A stretch of DNA of 64,000 nt, taken from Candidatus Binatia bacterium. GTDB lineage: Bacteria; Desulfobacterota; Binatia; UBA9968; CAXXLF01. Location of the stretch: assembly GCA_963664015.2 (NCBI GenBank), contig CAXXLF010000002.1, positions 352,001-416,000 of the forward strand, in the 5' to 3' direction. This document shows positions 60,502 through 64,000 of this stretch, one piece after another (within the stretch, counting starts at the first letter, position 1; every line of letters starts with the position of its first letter). A model generated the notes under the pieces. That model saw only the letters and a program-made list of their open reading frames with translations, made no database searches and had not been told where the DNA came from. A program made the translations under genes and the position numbers.

Positions 60502-61470
60502 CGAAAGGAACCAGGTAGTTTCGACAAGAATAGATCTTCAACCTTGATGGGGCGATTGACCAGATGTTGTTCGGATGCCGCCAGCACTAAAGCGTCGAGG
60601 GTCTTTCGGTTGGATTTTCACGCCAAACGGCCAGGGGTCTTCGCCTCCCATCAGTTCTTTCATCTCCAGCGTGGTTTCTCCGGCCTTAGGCGTTGCGGAT
60701 GAGCGTATGGTCTCCCTGGATTGGGCCAGTTTCTTGGCTTCACCGTAAGCGTGACACAGGCTCTCCACGATCCAGGGCTTTTCCTTGGCGAGCTCGGCTT
60801 TCATGACCGTCACATGCATGATCGGAAAGATACCGGTCTTCTCATAATATGCACGCTGAGCGGCCACGTTGTCCGCATAGCCGCCCACCACGACATCGTC
60901 TCCTCCGGACTTGACGTCCGCTCCGCCTCCGGGCGTGAAGATTGCATCGATCTCGCCGGCCTCCATGAGCTCCCTCGGTTTCCGCCCGCTGGTGTCCCGC
61001 TTCGCGTTTACACCCGGGGGAATGGTGAGTTCATTGAGACGTTCGGGCTGCAGCGTGATCCATTGGAGCTCTTGGGGAGCGATCCCATGGAAGTCCTGTA
61101 AAATACTTCGCTGCCAGATGCATGACGACATCCAGTACTGGGGCGTCCCCACATTCTTGCCGCGCAGCTCTGAGAGGTCGCGAAGTCCCGCCCGCTTGGA
61201 TACCTGGAATCCCGCCTGCAGGAAGCGGCGGCCCGATGTAAAGATCGGAAGCCCGACGAGAGGAATCCCTATCTCTCGTGCCTTCACAAATGTTGCGATC
61301 GCCATTTCGCCGACATCGAACTCAAGGTTGAGCGTACGCTTGGTCACATCATCCAGACTCTCGGGTTCTCGAGTCTGAAGTTCGATCCCTTCCGGCTTGA
61401 TCTCCCCATCGAACAGGGGGCGGGTCAAAAGTGAAGGCATCACCGAAATTTTAATTGCGAAATCTGCCAT
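60498..61470 (-). CDS. 4,5-dihydroxyphthalate decarboxylase-like / PBP-fold protein; frameshift at A4 near 60616
   Basis: G.IKPEGIEL, FDVGEMA, YY.KTGIFPIMH, DPWPFG; removing one A gives the family-like tail SNRKTLD..EQ.L....VEDLF ending at 60498. Confidence 0.78.
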
Positions 61471-61564
61471 GGAGACTCCTTATATTCTTATCGATAAAAT
61501 CTTCAACAGAACAACTTCAACAAAGGGTTTCGCGCCAAGACTCCAAGCCTGGAAAGAAATTTAC

Positions 61565-61670
61565 CGCAGATTTTCGCCGAATCTCGCAGATACTAGTTTT
61601 CATGTCCGTCGGGGCATGTTTCGGCCATCCCGGCCGAAAAACTATCTGCGTCCATCGGCGTAAATCTGCG
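61565..61670. repeat. REP-like inverted repeat element E (9-nt periodic arms)
   Basis: 28-nt arms CGCAGATTTTCGCCGAATCTCGCAGATA / TATCTGCGTCCATCGGCGTAAATCTGCG (23/28 paired) with inner hairpin TTTCGGCC/GGCCGAAA. Confidence 0.8.
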
Positions 61671-61703
61671 ATTAATAGTATTTGCAACTATTTACCCATC
61701 ACG

Positions 61704-63365
61704 TTAATGCCCTGACGGGAATCCCTTTGCCGGATCGCATACAACATCGACCAGTGTGGGCCTTCCCGACTTGAACCCCTCCTCGATGGCGAGGCGGATC
61801 TGATCAGGTCGCTCCACACGGATCCCTTCGCATTTGAACTCCCGTGCGATATTAGCGAAGTTCAATCCGGGCAGGAAATCCATCTCTTCCTTGAGCGGTG
61901 AGTCCTTTATATGATTTTTCTCCAGCAGAAAACATCCGTTGTTGAAGACCACGAGCACAAGTCCGATATTATAGCGCGCCGCCATTTCGAGCTCGGAGAT
62001 GATGCCGCACATGAGACCGCCATCGCCTTCGAAACAAATAACGTTTTTGTTGGGCGCCCCAAGCTTGGCTCCGATAGCCATGGGAAGCCCGGTACCGATG
62101 GCCCCCGTTCCCCGGGGAGTAATAAAGGTAGGCCCAGCATCGACAAAGGTGTGGCTCGTTGCCCACATAAAGGGACTGGACCCGTCGGAGACCAAAATAG
62201 TATCCGGACCCATAAATTCCCCCACCTCTTTCACAAGACGCGCCGGGTGTATAGGGACGGCGTTGGAGTTCGACGTCGCCGCATTGTCTTCTTTCCAACG
62301 GTCGAGGAGGTGCTTGATCTCAGCGGCACGCGATTCTTTCGGTTCGAACTTGCCGTCCTTCATAGCCGCTTTCAGTGACCTCAAGGCGGACTTGGCATCG
62401 GCGACGACACCCACCTGGGTCCGATAGTTTCTGCCAATTTCCTCTGGATCGATATCGATGTGAACAATCGTAGACTTCGGATCGGGGACTTTCCAGCGGC
62501 TGGTGGCCATCTCGTTGGTCTTCGTCCCGACTAAAAGAACGAGATCCGAATTTTTAACGACCTGATCAGCCACACGGCCCCTTTCAAGTCGACCGCCAAC
62601 GACCCCACCCGTCGGACCGGCGCTTAGGGGATGCCGCTCGAGAAAGGCACCCTTTCCAGATATTGTCGTGGCCACCGGGATCTGGCCGAATTCGGCGACC
62701 TCTCTCAACTCATCCCATGCGCGGGAAAGGTTGACACCGCCACCGGCGATGATGCAAGGGCGCTGGGCCGACCCGAGCGCACCCACCACGTCCTCGATCG
62801 CTTTTGGGTCCGGCTCCGCCCGTTGGGCCGGATACGTCGCGAATTGAGTCTCTGCATAGGGCTCGTCGTCGATCTGCTGATCCGGGCCCATGACGGAGCC
62901 AACGCCTCGAATATTGAGCACGACCGGTCCGGGTCTTCCCGTAGTGGCTATGCGAAACGCCTTGCGCAGCATCTCCGGGGCTTGCTTGAGGTCGTGAATA
63001 TCCGCTACCCACTTGGAGACCGGGGATACCATTTCGATCTGTTTCTGTTCGTAGAGCGAGTGCTTCCCTTCGTTCTTGGCCAGCATACCGTCCATAAGAA
63101 CGATGATCGGCACCGAGGAGTTCCACGCCTCCGTAAGGGCCATTATAATGTTCATCGTTCCCGGGCGGTTCAGGGTAATGACCCCCGGCTTGCCGCTAAC
63201 ACGGGCGTAACCGTAGGCCATCAGCCCCCCGGAAGTTTCAAAGTGGATATTCATCGGCTGGATTCTTCCCGGGTCCATCTCTGGATAGATTCGCATACCG
63301 AAAAGCTGCGGTACACCGTATTGAATCAGAATTTCGCTCAAGTGGTTGTAAACGTGGGATATCAT
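61704..63365 (-). CDS. ThDP-binding protein (acetolactate synthase-like)
   Basis: MAYGYARVSGKPGV, GRPGPV, GDGG..NNG ThDP motif. Confidence 0.92.
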   Translation of the reverse strand: MISHVYNHLSEILIQYGVPQLFGMRIYPEMDPGRIQPMNIHFETSGGLMAYGYARVSGKPGVITLNRPGTMNIIMALTEAWNSSVPIIVLMDGMLAKNEGKHSLYEQKQIEMVSPVSKWVADIHDLKQAPEMLRKAFRIATTGRPGPVVLNIRGVGSVMGPDQQIDDEPYAETQFATYPAQRAEPDPKAIEDVVGALGSAQRPCIIAGGGVNLSRAWDELREVAEFGQIPVATTISGKGAFLERHPLSAGPTGGVVGGRLERGRVADQVVKNSDLVLLVGTKTNEMATSRWKVPDPKSTIVHIDIDPEEIGRNYRTQVGVVADAKSALRSLKAAMKDGKFEPKESRAAEIKHLLDRWKEDNAATSNSNAVPIHPARLVKEVGEFMGPDTILVSDGSSPFMWATSHTFVDAGPTFITPRGTGAIGTGLPMAIGAKLGAPNKNVICFEGDGGLMCGIISELEMAARYNIGLVLVVFNNGCFLLEKNHIKDSPLKEEMDFLPGLNFANIAREFKCEGIRVERPDQIRLAIEEGFKSGRPTLVDVVCDPAKGFPSGH

Positions 63366-63561
63366 CTCAATCTTCCTCTTTCCCTACTGAGTTGGTTCAT
63401 GAATTGAAGAGACAAACGGACTCCGAATTCCAAATTGCCCGTCTGCCGTTGCAAAGGTTGTTGGCTCCCAGTGGAAACCGTTCGGCGCGCCAACCTCAGA
63501 TAACTAGGGGCCTAACTCGCCGTGTGATGCTCCCTGCCTTGGTCTTTGACCCATTGCCCCA

Positions 63562-64000
63562 TCATTGGTCCCCTCTCCCCAATTTCTGAAGGGCCGGCAA
63601 AAGCGGCGATGGCGACTGGTAATGCAGCTCAATCTGCCGGTGTTCTTTTGAGGACTGGATCATGGCCAGACAGGCCTCCAGGCTGGCCCTGCCCCAATAG
63701 GCATCGGGGAAGATGGGTTCGTTATGATCCAGGTTGCCCCTCAGCGTGTCGAGTTCCGAGGCGCCGCGGATATTGACATCGGGCTCGACAGCAACCTCCT
63801 CCCTGCCGTCCGCTGTGTAGACGTAAAGGCCGTCGGGCGATTGGCGGATATCGCCCTTTTCGCAGCTCACAATGATAACACCAAAGAAGTCCTGGCGACT
63901 CGCCTGCTTGCTTCCCCCCACCAATCGCTGCTCCATGGAATCGAGGGAGTACATAGGGTTGGCGTAGCGTTCCTCGATACTCACCGGGCCCTTGGTTCGG
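63562..64000 (-). CDS. Gfo/Idh/MocA oxidoreductase, C-terminal part (5' beyond window)
   Basis: SCEKGDIRQSPDGLYVY and WGRASLEACLA closely match the paralog at 10612-11772. Confidence 0.85.
   Translation of the reverse strand, partial: RTKGPVSIEERYANPMYSLDSMEQRLVGGSKQASRQDFFGVIIVSCEKGDIRQSPDGLYVYTADGREEVAVEPDVNIRGASELDTLRGNLDHNEPIFPDAYWGRASLEACLAMIQSSKEHRQIELHYQSPSPLLPALQKLGRGDQ

Overview
64 kb of ordinary bacterial chromosome. The gene content (many amidohydrolase-2, TAXI/Bug-type binding proteins, Rieske/Gfo-Idh-MocA pair, UbiD, ThDP enzymes, AOR) resembles Binatota-like 'Deltaproteobacteria' MAGs; this taxonomy is inference only. It is mostly aromatic/heterocycle catabolism and housekeeping genes, plus one tRNA-Arg(CCG) and about 15 disrupted genes or remnants. 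No rRNA, CRISPR, prophage or IS transposase was seen. Highlights: (1) a cobalamin-independent methionine-synthase-like (MetE C-terminal) gene whose Zn-ligand Cys codon is an in-frame UGA followed by an fdhF-like SECIS hairpin, i.e. a probable selenoprotein; (2) an imuA-imuB-dnaE2 mutasome operon running directly into an integron-integrase pseudogene and an eroded co-oriented cassette-like array, behind a promoter with an SOS-box-like repeat; (3) dispersed mosaic 7-nt/9-nt periodic intergenic repeats, one filling the imuB-dnaE2 gap and one carrying a nested REP-like palindrome; (4) an AOR operon containing an HmgA-like dioxygenase. All product calls come from motif recognition by eye; no database search was run.
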